Shown one piece after another: positions 8,856 through 18,385 of a stretch of DNA of 64,000 nucleotides. Within the stretch, counting starts at the first letter, position 1, and each line of letters begins with the position of its first letter. The stretch is from an uncultured SAR86 cluster bacterium (lineage in GTDB: Bacteria > Pseudomonadota > Gammaproteobacteria > Magnimaribacterales > D2472), in the NCBI GenBank assembly GCA_902610905.1, contig CACLXS010000002.1, forward strand, positions 39,808 through 103,807, given 5' to 3'. The position numbers were made by a program, and so were the translations under genes. The notes below the pieces were generated by a model. It saw nothing but the letters and a program-made list of their open reading frames with translations. It did not search any database and was not told where the DNA came from.

Positions 8856-9577
8856 TTAAATTGATTTAAAAAATCTAAATTAGACTTGTAAAAGTCCCTT
8901 ATATCATTAACTCCATATTTCAGCATAGCTATTCTTTCTACGCCTAAACCAAAAGCAAGTCCGCTATATTTATTTGAATCTATGTTGCAGTTTTCAAGCA
9001 CAACAGGGTTAACAATGCCGCATCCTAAAACCTCAAGCCACTTGTCATTCTCTGAAAGAATATCAACTTCTGCCGATGGTTCTGTAAATGGAAAATATGA
9101 AGGCCTAAATCTAATTTGTATCTCTTGACCAAATATTGCATAAATAATTTGATGAATTAGGTCTTTAAGCTGGGAAAAAGTTACCTGTTTATCAATATAT
9201 ATACCTTCAACTTGATGAAACATTGGTAGATGAGTCGCATCATCATCTTTCCTAAAAACTTTTCCAGCAGAGGTTATAGCTAAAGGCGGTTTTGAATCGA
9301 GCATGCTTCTAATTTGAACAGGTGAAGTATGCGTTCTAAGGACTTTGGTTTTATTATTAACATAAAAGGTATCATGCATTTGCCTTGCAGGATGCGTTTT
9401 TTTGATATTTAACATATCAAAATTAAATTCTTCTGATTCTATTTCTGGTCCATCAACTTCAGTAAACCCGTAATCCTGAAGAAGATCAATTAGGAAATCT
9501 TTTACTTGATTTATTGGGTGTATAGCACCCAATTTCTGTCTTAACTTTGGAGGTTGGATATCGTTAAATGATGACAT
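8852..9577 (-). CDS. pheS: Phenylalanine--tRNA ligase alpha subunit, short form lacking the N-terminal coiled-coil
   Basis: 241 aa. The catalytic core aligns almost residue for residue with E. coli PheS from about residue 104 onward (HPARQMHDTF, RFRPSYFPFTEPSAEVD, WLEVLGCG, ends FLNQFK). Confidence 0.92.
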   Translation of the reverse strand: MSSFNDIQPPKLRQKLGAIHPINQVKDFLIDLLQDYGFTEVDGPEIESEEFNFDMLNIKKTHPARQMHDTFYVNNKTKVLRTHTSPVQIRSMLDSKPPLAITSAGKVFRKDDDATHLPMFHQVEGIYIDKQVTFSQLKDLIHQIIYAIFGQEIQIRFRPSYFPFTEPSAEVDILSENDKWLEVLGCGIVNPVVLENCNIDSNKYSGLAFGLGVERIAMLKYGVNDIRDFYKSNLDFLNQFK

Positions 9578-9589
9578 TTAACAAGTTTA

Positions 9590-9937
9590 TTATTTATTAG
9601 CAGATTGAACTATCTTTTCAAAAGTTGATGGATCTTGAATTGCAATATCTGAAAGAATTTTCCTATCAATAATAATATTATTTGTAGTCATTCCATTAAT
9701 TAACTTAGAGTATGAAACACCTATGGCTCTAGAAGCAGCATTAATTCTAGAAATCCAAAGAGATCTGAAAGCTCTTTTTTTATTTTTTCTATCCCTAAAT
9801 GCATACTGAAGAGATTTAATGTTAGATTGCTTAGCAGTTCTGAATAATCTGCTTCTAGCTCCGTAATGGCCTTTAGTAGCACTTAATACTTTCTTATGTT
9901 TAGCTTTAGCTGTGACTGATTTTGTTACTCTTGGCAT
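9590..9937 (-). CDS. rplT: 50S ribosomal protein L20
   Basis: 115 aa starting MPRVTKSVTAKAKHKKVL...GYYGARSR-type sequence. It sits in the conserved infC-rpmI-rplT position. Confidence 0.95.
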   Translation of the reverse strand: MPRVTKSVTAKAKHKKVLSATKGHYGARSRLFRTAKQSNIKSLQYAFRDRKNKKRAFRSLWISRINAASRAIGVSYSKLINGMTTNNIIIDRKILSDIAIQDPSTFEKIVQSANK

Positions 9938-9942
9938 ATTTG

Positions 9943-10137
9943 TTACCTTCTAATTAAAGCAGAAGCCATCTTAAGAACAGTCCCTGTCAACTTATTAAGG
10001 CCTCTATTATGTCTTTTTCTTTTGGTAGATTGCTTTGTAAGAATATGATTTCTATTAGCGCTTTTGCTTTTAACAGACGAACCTGTTTTCTTAAAGCGTT
10101 TGGCTGCTCCTGAATGTGTTTTAAGTTTATATCCCAT
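9943..10137 (-). CDS. rpmI: 50S ribosomal protein L35
   Basis: 64 aa, very basic, starting [19 protein letters not shown]. It lies between infC and rplT. Confidence 0.95.
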   Translation of the reverse strand: MGYKLKTHSGAAKRFKKTGSSVKSKSANRNHILTKQSTKRKRHNRGLNKLTGTVLKMASALIRR

Positions 10138-10160
10138 AATAATTTTCTTAATATTTCAAA

Positions 10161-10685
10161 TTAACTTTTCTTTTTTAGAGGAGATAAAACCATAAGCAGT
10201 TGTCGGCCTTCTAATGATGGCTCTTGGTCCACCAGGGCAATATCCACCAATTCGTCTCTTAATCTATTTAATAAATTAAGACCCATATCACTATTTAAAA
10301 TCTCTCTTCCTCTAAAACGGACGCTTATTTTAGTCTTATCTCCATCAAGAATAAAGCTTTTTATTTTTTTTAATTTTATATTGTAATCACCAACATCTGT
10401 TGATGGTCTGAATTTAATCTCTTTAGTGGTATTTCTTTTAACTTTAACCTTTGAAGACGAAATACTTTTCTTCTTATCAAAAAGATGTTTACCATAATCT
10501 AAAAGTTTGCAAACAACTGGTTTAGAATCAGATGGAGAAACCTGAACCAGGTCCAAGGATGCCGCTCTAGCTGATTCAATAGCCTGGCTGAATGGAACAA
10601 TACCCATCTTGTCTCCGTTACCAGCGATAAGCATGACCTCATCAGCTCTTATTTTTTCATTAATTGGGGTAATATTTTTCTTCAA
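10161..10685 (-). CDS. infC: Translation initiation factor IF-3, with a non-ATG start
   Basis: 174 aa containing INEKIRADEVMLIAGNGDKMGIV...LDLVQVSP...KEIKFRP.TD.GDY. The frame is closed by TAA at 10698-10700. Only TTG (10685) or ATA (10694) can serve as the start. Confidence 0.92.
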   Translation of the reverse strand: MKKNITPINEKIRADEVMLIAGNGDKMGIVPFSQAIESARAASLDLVQVSPSDSKPVVCKLLDYGKHLFDKKKSISSSKVKVKRNTTKEIKFRPSTDVGDYNIKLKKIKSFILDGDKTKISVRFRGREILNSDMGLNLLNRLRDELVDIALVDQEPSLEGRQLLMVLSPLKKKS

Positions 10686-10816
10686 AGGATTTATGAGTTA
10701 TAAAAGGAGAAAATGCTAAACATTAAAGAGCAAAAAAAATTTTTTTCGAGAAGTTAGAATTAGTTTAATAATAATCAAGTGGTGAATTTTATACTAAAAA
10801 ATATATTTGGCAATAT

Positions 10817-11413
10817 TTATGGCTGAAGAATCGATTGTTTCCAGATACCATCAATTTTTTGAAAAACCTCTCTTTTATTAATTCTTGATTCATGCCCTTC
10901 CCAAAATTCAAAATAATAAGGGGTAAATGAATAACCTCCCCAATATTCAGGACATTTTTTTAAATCATCATTTTTTAAAGATTTATTATAATTTTCTTTA
11001 ACTTGGTTATAAGAAACTATCTCATTTGATTGGTTGGATGAGATAGCTAATGCATTTTTTTCTTCTGATCTGTCAAAAAAATATTGTTGATTGAACTCAT
11101 CAGAAGTTTTTTTAATTTTAGCCTTCATTCTAATTTGCATGTTTGTGCTAGGCCAGTAAATTAATGCAGCTACCTGATTATGAGAATTAAAAGCTGCTGC
11201 TTTTGGTGACTCATAATTACTAAAAAAAATAAATTCATCATTTGAAATAAATTTAAGATTTACATATCTAGAATCAACCTCATTCATCTTATTGCTATAG
11301 GAAGAAATTGAAATAGCCTCAATATTGTTTTGACCTGCAACAATAGCCTCCTCATATTTTTCTTTGAGAATCAAATATGGTACTGCTTTATTTAAGTTAA
11401 TAAATTTAATCAT
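10817..11413 (-). CDS. pdxH: Pyridoxamine 5'-phosphate oxidase
   Basis: The C-terminal half matches PdxH (CPEYWGGYSF.P..FEFWEGHESRINKREVF......W....LQP). I place the start at Met39 of the track ORF (ATG 11413). The 38-aa upstream extension to 11527 is low-complexity and has no PdxH counterpart. Confidence 0.8.
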   Translation of the reverse strand: MIKFINLNKAVPYLILKEKYEEAIVAGQNNIEAISISSYSNKMNEVDSRYVNLKFISNDEFIFFSNYESPKAAAFNSHNQVAALIYWPSTNMQIRMKAKIKKTSDEFNQQYFFDRSEEKNALAISSNQSNEIVSYNQVKENYNKSLKNDDLKKCPEYWGGYSFTPYYFEFWEGHESRINKREVFQKIDGIWKQSILQP

Positions 11414-11622
11414 CGTTAAAATTATATATGTCTTATTATCAATTAAGAACTTTAAAAATAAAACCTTTAAAAAAGCTGAGATATGCAGCTTTTGATATAT
11501 GTGTAGAATAGCATCGTAATTGGTCATGTTGTTACAAGGAAAGCCCTTAAAAATTATACTTATATTGAGATGGTAAACAGTTTGGACTGCTATAAAGTAC
11601 CAAAAGAATTGGGTAAGTTAAA

Positions 11623-12300
11623 TCAATCTATGAAATTAAGTGCTTGCTTTAACTCTTTGGGCGGCTCTGGCAAATCTCTAAAAATCCTCCATGCAATCTT
11701 TGTGCTTGGAAAAACAACCGCCCATGCGGTTATAAAAATCGCCAAAAAATATATGGTTATGCCTTTATTAGATACAAACCACTGTTCTAGTAAACCTTTG
11801 TATGGAGCAATGATATTGTCATAGAAATCAACCGATGCTGAAGCACCATGCATAATTTCTTCTTCGCCTCGAAAGATTATAGAGCCGACACCTGATAAAC
11901 CAGGACGTACTTTTTTAACAATTTCTTGAGTTTCAGCCGAATAAGAACCAAAGGTTTGAGCCGTTAGCGGTCTAGGCCCTATAACACTCATATCACCAAA
12001 GAGGATATTTAATAACTGAGGTAATTCATTAATTTTAGTTTTACGCAAAAATTTTCCTACTGGCAAAATCCTAGGATCTCCTTTCATTGTTACTGTTCCA
12101 GTGCCAATATTTGGGCTATCTTTAAGCATAGTTGCAAATTTAAGTAGCTTAAATACCTTTCCATTTTTACCAATACGATCCTGCAAAAAGAAGATTTCAC
12201 CCTCCCCAGAAAACCTTAAAATCAAAACAATTGGAACTAGCAACGGTGATAAAACTAACAATGCTAAACCAGAAAAAAATAAATCAAAAAAACGCTCCAT
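11623..12300 (-). CDS. Initiating phosphoglycosyl transferase (small PglC/WbaP-C-type bacterial sugar transferase)
   Basis: 225 aa with an N-terminal re-entrant helix, then FFLQDRIGKNGKVFKLLKFATM...DPRILPVGKFLRKTKINELPQLLNILFGDMSVIGPRPL, the Bac_transf signature. Confidence 0.85.
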   Translation of the reverse strand: MERFFDLFFSGLALLVLSPLLVPIVLILRFSGEGEIFFLQDRIGKNGKVFKLLKFATMLKDSPNIGTGTVTMKGDPRILPVGKFLRKTKINELPQLLNILFGDMSVIGPRPLTAQTFGSYSAETQEIVKKVRPGLSGVGSIIFRGEEEIMHGASASVDFYDNIIAPYKGLLEQWFVSNKGITIYFLAIFITAWAVVFPSTKIAWRIFRDLPEPPKELKQALNFID

Positions 12301-12302
12301 AA

Positions 12303-13490
12303 TTACATCCTTTGATCTAAATATTTACCAGTTTCTTTATGAGAAAATTCAGGCAGAAGGCTAAAGTATAATTTAACAATATCCTCTTTATTCCATATGC
12401 CTTTTTCTTTCAGTTCGTTCATTCCATTCATGAATTCATCTAACTTAGCTTCATTATATTCAGGCTGATTAGGAATAACTCCAATGGTTTCAAAACGCTC
12501 CATATCTAAGATTTCAGTATCAGTGAAAAACTCTTCAAAATCTTTCTCACCGGTTGTATCACTTTTAAAGAAATAACATGGCCAAAGTTTACTGGCTATT
12601 AACTCTTCAGCTCTGTCGCGAGCCTCATCCTCAGACTCACACTCATAAGGCTTATAACCTTTTTCTTTTAAATAATGAGTAGCTATCTCAGAAAATTTAA
12701 TTAGATGTAGCTTTTCACTGAGTTTAGGAAAAAAGATATCTCTATTGTTACCTAGAATTCCAGATAATAAGCATAGCTCTCCTGATTCTTGTGGAGTTAA
12801 AAAATAACGCCTTACATCATTTGGCGCAGAGAAAGGTTGTTTTTTGTTATACCGTTGATTAAATCCATGCAGAAGAGAGCCATCAGAAAAAGCAACATTT
12901 GCAAATCGTGCCATAGAAATTTCTTGATCTAAGCTTTCTTTCATCAAGAACATTTCCATTATTCGTTTACTAGCTCCCATCATATTTACTGGATTCGCAG
13001 CTTTATCAGTAGAAACACAAAAGTACTTACTTGTGCCTAATTCTTTTGCTAGTCTTAGGGTATTAACAGTATTAAAAATATTCACTGTTATCATACGCAT
13101 TAGTGTATAAGGATCCTTTTCACTTCTAACATGTTTTAGTGCTGATAAATTAAATACATAGTCATATGGGCCTTCATTATGCATGAGGGCTTCAAATTCA
13201 ATAGACCCACAATCAATGGCAAAAGTCCTGAAGTCACCAGAACCATAACCCGATGTACTTCTTATTTCGCGAACAAGTTCAACCATGTTGTTTTCTGAGA
13301 TATCAACTACATGAAGTAACTTAGGATCACGCTTAAAAATTTCTTTAGTAACCGCCTGACCAATTGAGCCAGCACCACCAATAACAAGAAAGCTACTTTT
13401 AGAAATGATATTTTCAATGAATACAGACTGATTTTCTATATCTTTGCTAAATAGCTCTGAGGACCTACCAATTAGTGACAGTACATTCAT
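12303..13490 (-). CDS. CapD/WbpM/PglF-like NDP-sugar 4,6-dehydratase/epimerase (Polysacc_synt_2 family, soluble form)
   Basis: 395 aa with the Rossmann motif FLVIGGAGSIGQAVTKEI and a downstream SDR core (STDKAANPVNMMGASKR). It sits next to the initiating transferase, like wbpM/pglF. Confidence 0.7.
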   Translation of the reverse strand: MNVLSLIGRSSELFSKDIENQSVFIENIISKSSFLVIGGAGSIGQAVTKEIFKRDPKLLHVVDISENNMVELVREIRSTSGYGSGDFRTFAIDCGSIEFEALMHNEGPYDYVFNLSALKHVRSEKDPYTLMRMITVNIFNTVNTLRLAKELGTSKYFCVSTDKAANPVNMMGASKRIMEMFLMKESLDQEISMARFANVAFSDGSLLHGFNQRYNKKQPFSAPNDVRRYFLTPQESGELCLLSGILGNNRDIFFPKLSEKLHLIKFSEIATHYLKEKGYKPYECESEDEARDRAEELIASKLWPCYFFKSDTTGEKDFEEFFTDTEILDMERFETIGVIPNQPEYNEAKLDEFMNGMNELKEKGIWNKEDIVKLYFSLLPEFSHKETGKYLDQRM

Positions 13491-13552
13491 AATTATATTT
13501 AAAAATTATTCGTATATTATATTACTAATAAAAGTTATTGCTTTATTCTAAA

Positions 13553-14770
13553 TTAATGAGATATTTCTTTCAAAAGTGATTCTGTTATTGATTTATAGCA
13601 ATAATTATTAACAGCAAATTGTCTCCCTTTTTTGCCCATATTTGCAAGTTCTGTAGTAGAAGTTGCCGCAAATAATTCAATAGCATCTGCAATAGCGATT
13701 GGATCTTCAGCCGGTACTGTTATACCAGCGCCTGCCAGATTTACAGGGTCACCTGGCCCTGAGTAGCTATGCAATACAGGTTTGCCTGAAATAAAATATT
13801 CTGGAATCTTGTTAGGCGCAACTCCATATTCATAAAGTTTAGAGTTTTGCCATCCAATATAGCAAATATCGAAGATCTCAAGAACACTCGATATTTGATT
13901 TTTAGGTACTTTGGGTAAAAACAAAATATTTTTGAGTTCATTATGCTTTACGAGTGCTTTCAAATCGTTGAGCTTCTCACCTTCACCAACAATGATAAAA
14001 AAAACTTTACTGGTTTTTAATTTAAATGCAGCCTCAACGAAATATTCCAAAGCATTTGCTATTCCAACAGAACCAGCATATCCAACTATAAGGCTATCCT
14101 TAGGTATATTATTTTTAAAATCAATACTTAGAGGTTGTGAGTCAAGCATCTCAGTTTCATCGTAACCATTTGGTAACAAAATAAATTTTTTTTTCTTGCC
14201 CAAAACCTCATTTATTCTAATGGGTAAATTTGGAAGATTAGATGATATTATTTCTGCGTTCTTAATAGAAAAATGCTCGGCCCATGACATTACTTTAAAT
14301 GCAATTGATGATTCTTTAATATTTCCCAAAGCTTCCAATGTTGCAGGCCAAACGTCTCTTATATCAAAACAAGATTTAGCTGAATATGCCTTTGATAAAA
14401 TTACTAAGGGAATTCCAACAAAAGGTGATGGTGAAGAGGCAAATATAAAATGTGGTTTATTTTTAATAATAAAATTTATAAAAAGCAGTTGAAAATTAAA
14501 AATAAACCAATTCATAATTCTTTTAACTGATCTAGACTTTGAATAATCTATAGAACTGATTGAAACTACATTAACACCATCAATAATTTTGTGCTTTGGA
14601 TTAGATAATCCAGAATTTAATAGATGATGATTTCTGGAAACAACATAGTAAACAATATATCCAGCTTTAGACAGGTTCTTCGCTAAGTAAAAAACTCGCC
14701 CTCCATACCCGTTTTCTGGAATAGTTCCATATTCGTTAATTAACCAAACAACTTTATCTTTTGATTTCAT
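13553..14770 (-). CDS. Glycosyltransferase family 4 (WbuB-like)
   Basis: 405 aa with a GT-B fold pattern: N-terminal EYGTIPENGYGGRVFYLAK and a C-terminal GT4 region (GYAGSVGIANALE...PNKIPEYFISGKPVL). Confidence 0.8.
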   Translation of the reverse strand: MKSKDKVVWLINEYGTIPENGYGGRVFYLAKNLSKAGYIVYYVVSRNHHLLNSGLSNPKHKIIDGVNVVSISSIDYSKSRSVKRIMNWFIFNFQLLFINFIIKNKPHFIFASSPSPFVGIPLVILSKAYSAKSCFDIRDVWPATLEALGNIKESSIAFKVMSWAEHFSIKNAEIISSNLPNLPIRINEVLGKKKKFILLPNGYDETEMLDSQPLSIDFKNNIPKDSLIVGYAGSVGIANALEYFVEAAFKLKTSKVFFIIVGEGEKLNDLKALVKHNELKNILFLPKVPKNQISSVLEIFDICYIGWQNSKLYEYGVAPNKIPEYFISGKPVLHSYSGPGDPVNLAGAGITVPAEDPIAIADAIELFAATSTTELANMGKKGRQFAVNNYCYKSITESLLKEISH

Positions 14771-16034
14771 TACTATGAAAAAAATATTTAGAGTTGAATA
14801 TTATAAGTTGCAATAGCATCATAAATGCTACACCGTTAGATAAAATACCAACTAATAAATCTGATCCCAGCAAGGGTCTAAAGGTTAGAATACATAAGCA
14901 TATAAGAGCCTGTATGGGCAATCTGTCTTGAAAGGCCTTATTATAAATAATTAACATCATAGATAATAGAATGTTATACATCATTAATAGCAATATTCCC
15001 CCCTGCAGATAAGCATTAGCAATATAGCCTGTATTGGTGTACTCACCCTCACGCTGCATATAAGAACTTATGATGTTTGAAACTGGCTCTATGTTGTTAT
15101 AAAAACTAAAGCCATACTCAAGTGCAAAATTAACATATGAATCAGATATAAGAACTGGCCAAAAAAATAGTCTTCTGAAAAATAAACTACCTATTAATCC
15201 ATAATCTCCAAAGCTCATAAGCATTAAAAATAATGAGAATACAAAAAAGATAATCAAGATAAAATTAAATTTATTTATTTTTGGTTTATCTGCCAAGAAG
15301 TTAAATATGAAATATATAGCGAATATTAATATTATGTTAAAAAAATAAGATTTATGATTAGTAAATCCAAATATTAAAAATTGTCCTAAAACAGCAAAAA
15401 ATATAATTAAATTTTTTCTTGAGTATAAACCCCATACAAGTATGAATGGAAATATAGAATAAGATAACCATTTAATAATGTATGCTAACACCCCGCTAAA
15501 TGTTTCCCTTGACTCATCCCTGTATGAATAAATATCAACAAAACTAAAGTTGAGATTGCCGCCTTTGTATTTAAAAAAGATAGATACAGTAATTAACGAT
15601 AAAGAAATTAAAGATAAGGCGACATATTTTTTTTTAAATTCAAATGGAACTAATTTTAATTTTGGTATGTTTGATCCAAAATTAGTAATTAGCAGTAGTG
15701 TAATGTAAGAGAATATATAAATACCATACAATAAATACGATATTGCATTATATGCAACCATTACTGAAGCAGGAAGAAGGATAATAAAAAGAATATAAAC
15801 TAAAAAAAAGTCTGATGGTTTTTCAAATTTTTTTGAAGGTAATACTGTTAGCAATAAATAGATTGATAATGTAACAACATGTCTGCCAAGACTTGGGTAA
15901 TTTAAGTTATATCCATAATATGCAAAATGATAATAAATAAATTTCTCATATGAGAAAAAAAATATCTCAAAAATTGCTATTGAAAATACAATAGTGTTTA
16001 TTAGAGAGAAAAAACTTGATTTTCTTATAACCAC
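14754..16034 (-). CDS. wzy: Polytopic membrane protein, probable O-antigen/repeat-unit polymerase (Wzy-like)
   Basis: 426 aa, extremely hydrophobic, with about 10-12 predicted TM segments and low sequence conservation. It lies among GT and Wzx genes. The assignment rests on context and topology only. Confidence 0.55.
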   Translation of the reverse strand: MVIRKSSFFSLINTIVFSIAIFEIFFFSYEKFIYYHFAYYGYNLNYPSLGRHVVTLSIYLLLTVLPSKKFEKPSDFFLVYILFIILLPASVMVAYNAISYLLYGIYIFSYITLLLITNFGSNIPKLKLVPFEFKKKYVALSLISLSLITVSIFFKYKGGNLNFSFVDIYSYRDESRETFSGVLAYIIKWLSYSIFPFILVWGLYSRKNLIIFFAVLGQFLIFGFTNHKSYFFNIILIFAIYFIFNFLADKPKINKFNFILIIFFVFSLFLMLMSFGDYGLIGSLFFRRLFFWPVLISDSYVNFALEYGFSFYNNIEPVSNIISSYMQREGEYTNTGYIANAYLQGGILLLMMYNILLSMMLIIYNKAFQDRLPIQALICLCILTFRPLLGSDLLVGILSNGVAFMMLLQLIIFNSKYFFHSNEIKR

Positions 16035-17095
16035 TATAATTCTTCTAAAAACGAAAGAAGTTGATCATCAAAAAATTTTATAGAATCAAAAAAAGAGTTA
16101 ATTTCACCTATATTATAAAAATCTTTATCAGCATAAGCATTTAAGAAATTTTCTTTAATTGATTTTTTCTCTCCAAAATTAAATACATAGCCTAAATTAA
16201 ATTTATCAACAGCCTCTTTCATATATGGCATTGAGCTAACAATAACGTTTGAGCCATTAGCAAGATATTCAAAAAGCTTGGTTGGTCTAGAGTCTATATA
16301 GTTAGTCGTATTAGCTAAACTAACAATTCCATACCTACTCTTGCTAATTAATTTTTTAACTTTTTTTTGTGCTATAACTCCTAAATATGTAACATTATTT
16401 TTCCAAAAAGATGTCTTTTTACATTTTTCTTCATACTCTGATGATGAAAAGGGACCGCAAATAATTAATCTAATATTTGTATTTTCTAGCGAATACATTA
16501 AGTCTAAGATTCCTCTATTGGGAGAAATTAGACCAGCATAAATAAAATCATGGATTTTTTTTTCAGACACTATTTTTGGTCTTTCTCTGGGGCTATTTTC
16601 AATTAAATAAGTTGATTTTTTAAGTTTTTTAAAGCGCAAAAATATTTCATCCGTAGAAGCAATTACTTTATTGACGAATAATAGAATGAAAAAATTTTCA
16701 ACTATTTCTAAAAAAAGCTTAATAGGAAGATATTTCGGGTGGTGTGAGGTAAACTGCAAAGGAAAATTTTCATGTGAATCATAAATAACTTTTATTGAAA
16801 AAATTTTAAAAAAAGGCGAAGCAATTAAAAGCTCTGGATCATGCAGTTGAACATATTCTGGTTTTTCGTAAATTATTCTAAATGTTCCAACAACTAGATT
16901 TTTTATTCTAGTTAAAATTTTTGAACCAAATGATGTGCTAATTTTTATTACTTTTTCAGGAAAATCTAAATTAAAACTTCCACCACAATAATAAATAGCT
17001 TGATGAGATGATTTTTGATTTGTACAGGACACAAATTTATGAAAAATTCTTGTTGACTGAGGAGAGTGTAAGGTAGAAAAGTGAATAATTTTCAT
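16034..17095 (-). CDS. Glycosyltransferase (GT4-like)
   Basis: 353 aa whose C-terminal half has the GT4 donor-binding pattern (IYAGLISPNRGI...SRPTKLFEYLANGSNVIVS). Confidence 0.7.
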   Translation of the reverse strand: MKIIHFSTLHSPQSTRIFHKFVSCTNQKSSHQAIYYCGGSFNLDFPEKVIKISTSFGSKILTRIKNLVVGTFRIIYEKPEYVQLHDPELLIASPFFKIFSIKVIYDSHENFPLQFTSHHPKYLPIKLFLEIVENFFILLFVNKVIASTDEIFLRFKKLKKSTYLIENSPRERPKIVSEKKIHDFIYAGLISPNRGILDLMYSLENTNIRLIICGPFSSSEYEEKCKKTSFWKNNVTYLGVIAQKKVKKLISKSRYGIVSLANTTNYIDSRPTKLFEYLANGSNVIVSSMPYMKEAVDKFNLGYVFNFGEKKSIKENFLNAYADKDFYNIGEINSFFDSIKFFDDQLLSFLEEL

Positions 17096-17158
17096 TAATT
17101 AATTCGCTTAATGGATTGGTTCTTTTGGGATTAGAGAAGATGTCATTATTTTCATTGC

Positions 17159-18385
17159 TTATTTGAAAAGCTCTTTCTCATTAATATTATTATAAAAATA
17201 CATATTACTATTATGCCAAAGTAAATCAAAATGGCCCTTATATTTACTAACCTGACAAATAATGAATTTTAACTCTTCTATCAACTTATTTTTATTTAAT
17301 GAGAGATACCCAAGAGCTGTTGTATCCATAAATGCCAAGGGATAATAAAGAGTTTTACTTTGACATTCTTTATCTTCAATCCACTTTCTAAATGGATAAC
17401 ATGTTCCATTCCTAAAGCCTATTACAGATGCGAAACCACATGATGTGTCAGTTACAATCTCATATTTATCAAGATCTTCAGCTATGGACGTTGAGTCATA
17501 TCTTAGATAATGATAGCGCACATGCTCACATTTAATATGTGTAAGCTTTTTAAAATTTTTTATTTCTTTACTCAATATTGATGAGTCAAATCCAGCATCA
17601 TATGATGGATGCAAGCCTATAATTTGTTTTTTTTCTCTAAGCCTGGTGATTAAGTCAATATGATCTGCAAGATTATACCGCCCATCATACCTTGTAATGC
17701 CTCCAACCATAAAATAAAAGGTCGATCTCATATTATTAGAACGAGTTTCATTAATAATAAATTCAAAATTATAGTAAGGGTCTCTTTTTAAGATAAAGTC
17801 TTTAAATAAGATTAATGAAGACTTCAGTCTAAAAAGCATACTTCCCTTTGACAAAATACGCTTTAAAGCTCTCAATATATTTATAGGCTTGTCAAAAGCA
17901 CATATATTATCAATATCGTGTGATACTGAGCATGTGCCTGAAGTTTTATTGTATTGAATTTCTAACTTGTTTAAAGTTGATAACTGTAGCCTAATCTCTT
18001 CTACAATTTGATCAAGAACGGGATATTTATAATTAACAGAATCTAGAGGTAAATTTCTACCATGAGCATCTGTATGTGAACTAACTAAGTTAGGGAGTTC
18101 ATTAAGCATTGAAAATGTAAGATCAACCAAATCAAATTGAATATCTATAGATTCCGATGCTCTTACTTCTTTTTTTATATCAATATTGGATAAAAAATTA
18201 GAATAAGAGCCTGGCTTGTTCTCAGATATATGAATTAAGTTTTTACGGCGATTTAGATACTCAATATCACCATAGACTATTGTTATATCAATGTCTGATT
18301 TACTAAATCTATTAAACAAAAAATCAATTACATATTTAACTTTTTTATCACTTGTTTGAGTATTATTAATAATATTGATTTTCAT
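17159..18385 (-). CDS. Polysaccharide deacetylase-like protein (CE4 / beta-alpha-barrel deacetylase superfamily, with an N-terminal DUF7033-like domain)
   Basis: 408 aa with motifs SHDIDN, STFYFM, GLHPSYD and RYHYLR. These resemble the metal-binding and catalytic blocks of deacetylase-family proteins found in O-antigen loci. The assignment is from motif recall only. Confidence 0.45.
   Translation of the reverse strand: MKINIINNTQTSDKKVKYVIDFLFNRFSKSDIDITIVYGDIEYLNRRKNLIHISENKPGSYSNFLSNIDIKKEVRASESIDIQFDLVDLTFSMLNELPNLVSSHTDAHGRNLPLDSVNYKYPVLDQIVEEIRLQLSTLNKLEIQYNKTSGTCSVSHDIDNICAFDKPINILRALKRILSKGSMLFRLKSSLILFKDFILKRDPYYNFEFIINETRSNNMRSTFYFMVGGITRYDGRYNLADHIDLITRLREKKQIIGLHPSYDAGFDSSILSKEIKNFKKLTHIKCEHVRYHYLRYDSTSIAEDLDKYEIVTDTSCGFASVIGFRNGTCYPFRKWIEDKECQSKTLYYPLAFMDTTALGYLSLNKNKLIEELKFIICQVSKYKGHFDLLWHNSNMYFYNNINEKELFK

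Noticed and set aside
10686-10816. A possible regulatory RNA or terminator in the pdxH-infC spacer (A8/T7 palindrome caaaaaaaatttttttcg).
   Set aside because: It is a pure A/T palindrome with negligible predicted stability. I cannot distinguish it from background composition without folding and energy calculations or conservation data.
11414-11527. A 38-aa N-terminal extension of the pdxH ORF (track start 11527).
   Set aside because: The extension (MTNYDAILHIYQKLHISAFLKVLFLKFLIDNKTYIILT) has no counterpart in PdxH and looks like translated A/T-rich spacer. The internal ATG at 11413 gives a protein of normal length.
13741-13941. A 66-aa minus-strand ORF nested in the GT4 gene. Other short nested ORFs include 43274..43459, 47394..47600, 54212..54418, 57041..57328 and 58423..58722.
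   Set aside because: They are out-of-frame or antisense overlaps with long, well-supported genes. They have no motifs, and such ORFs are expected by chance in A/T-rich DNA with few stop codons in some frames.
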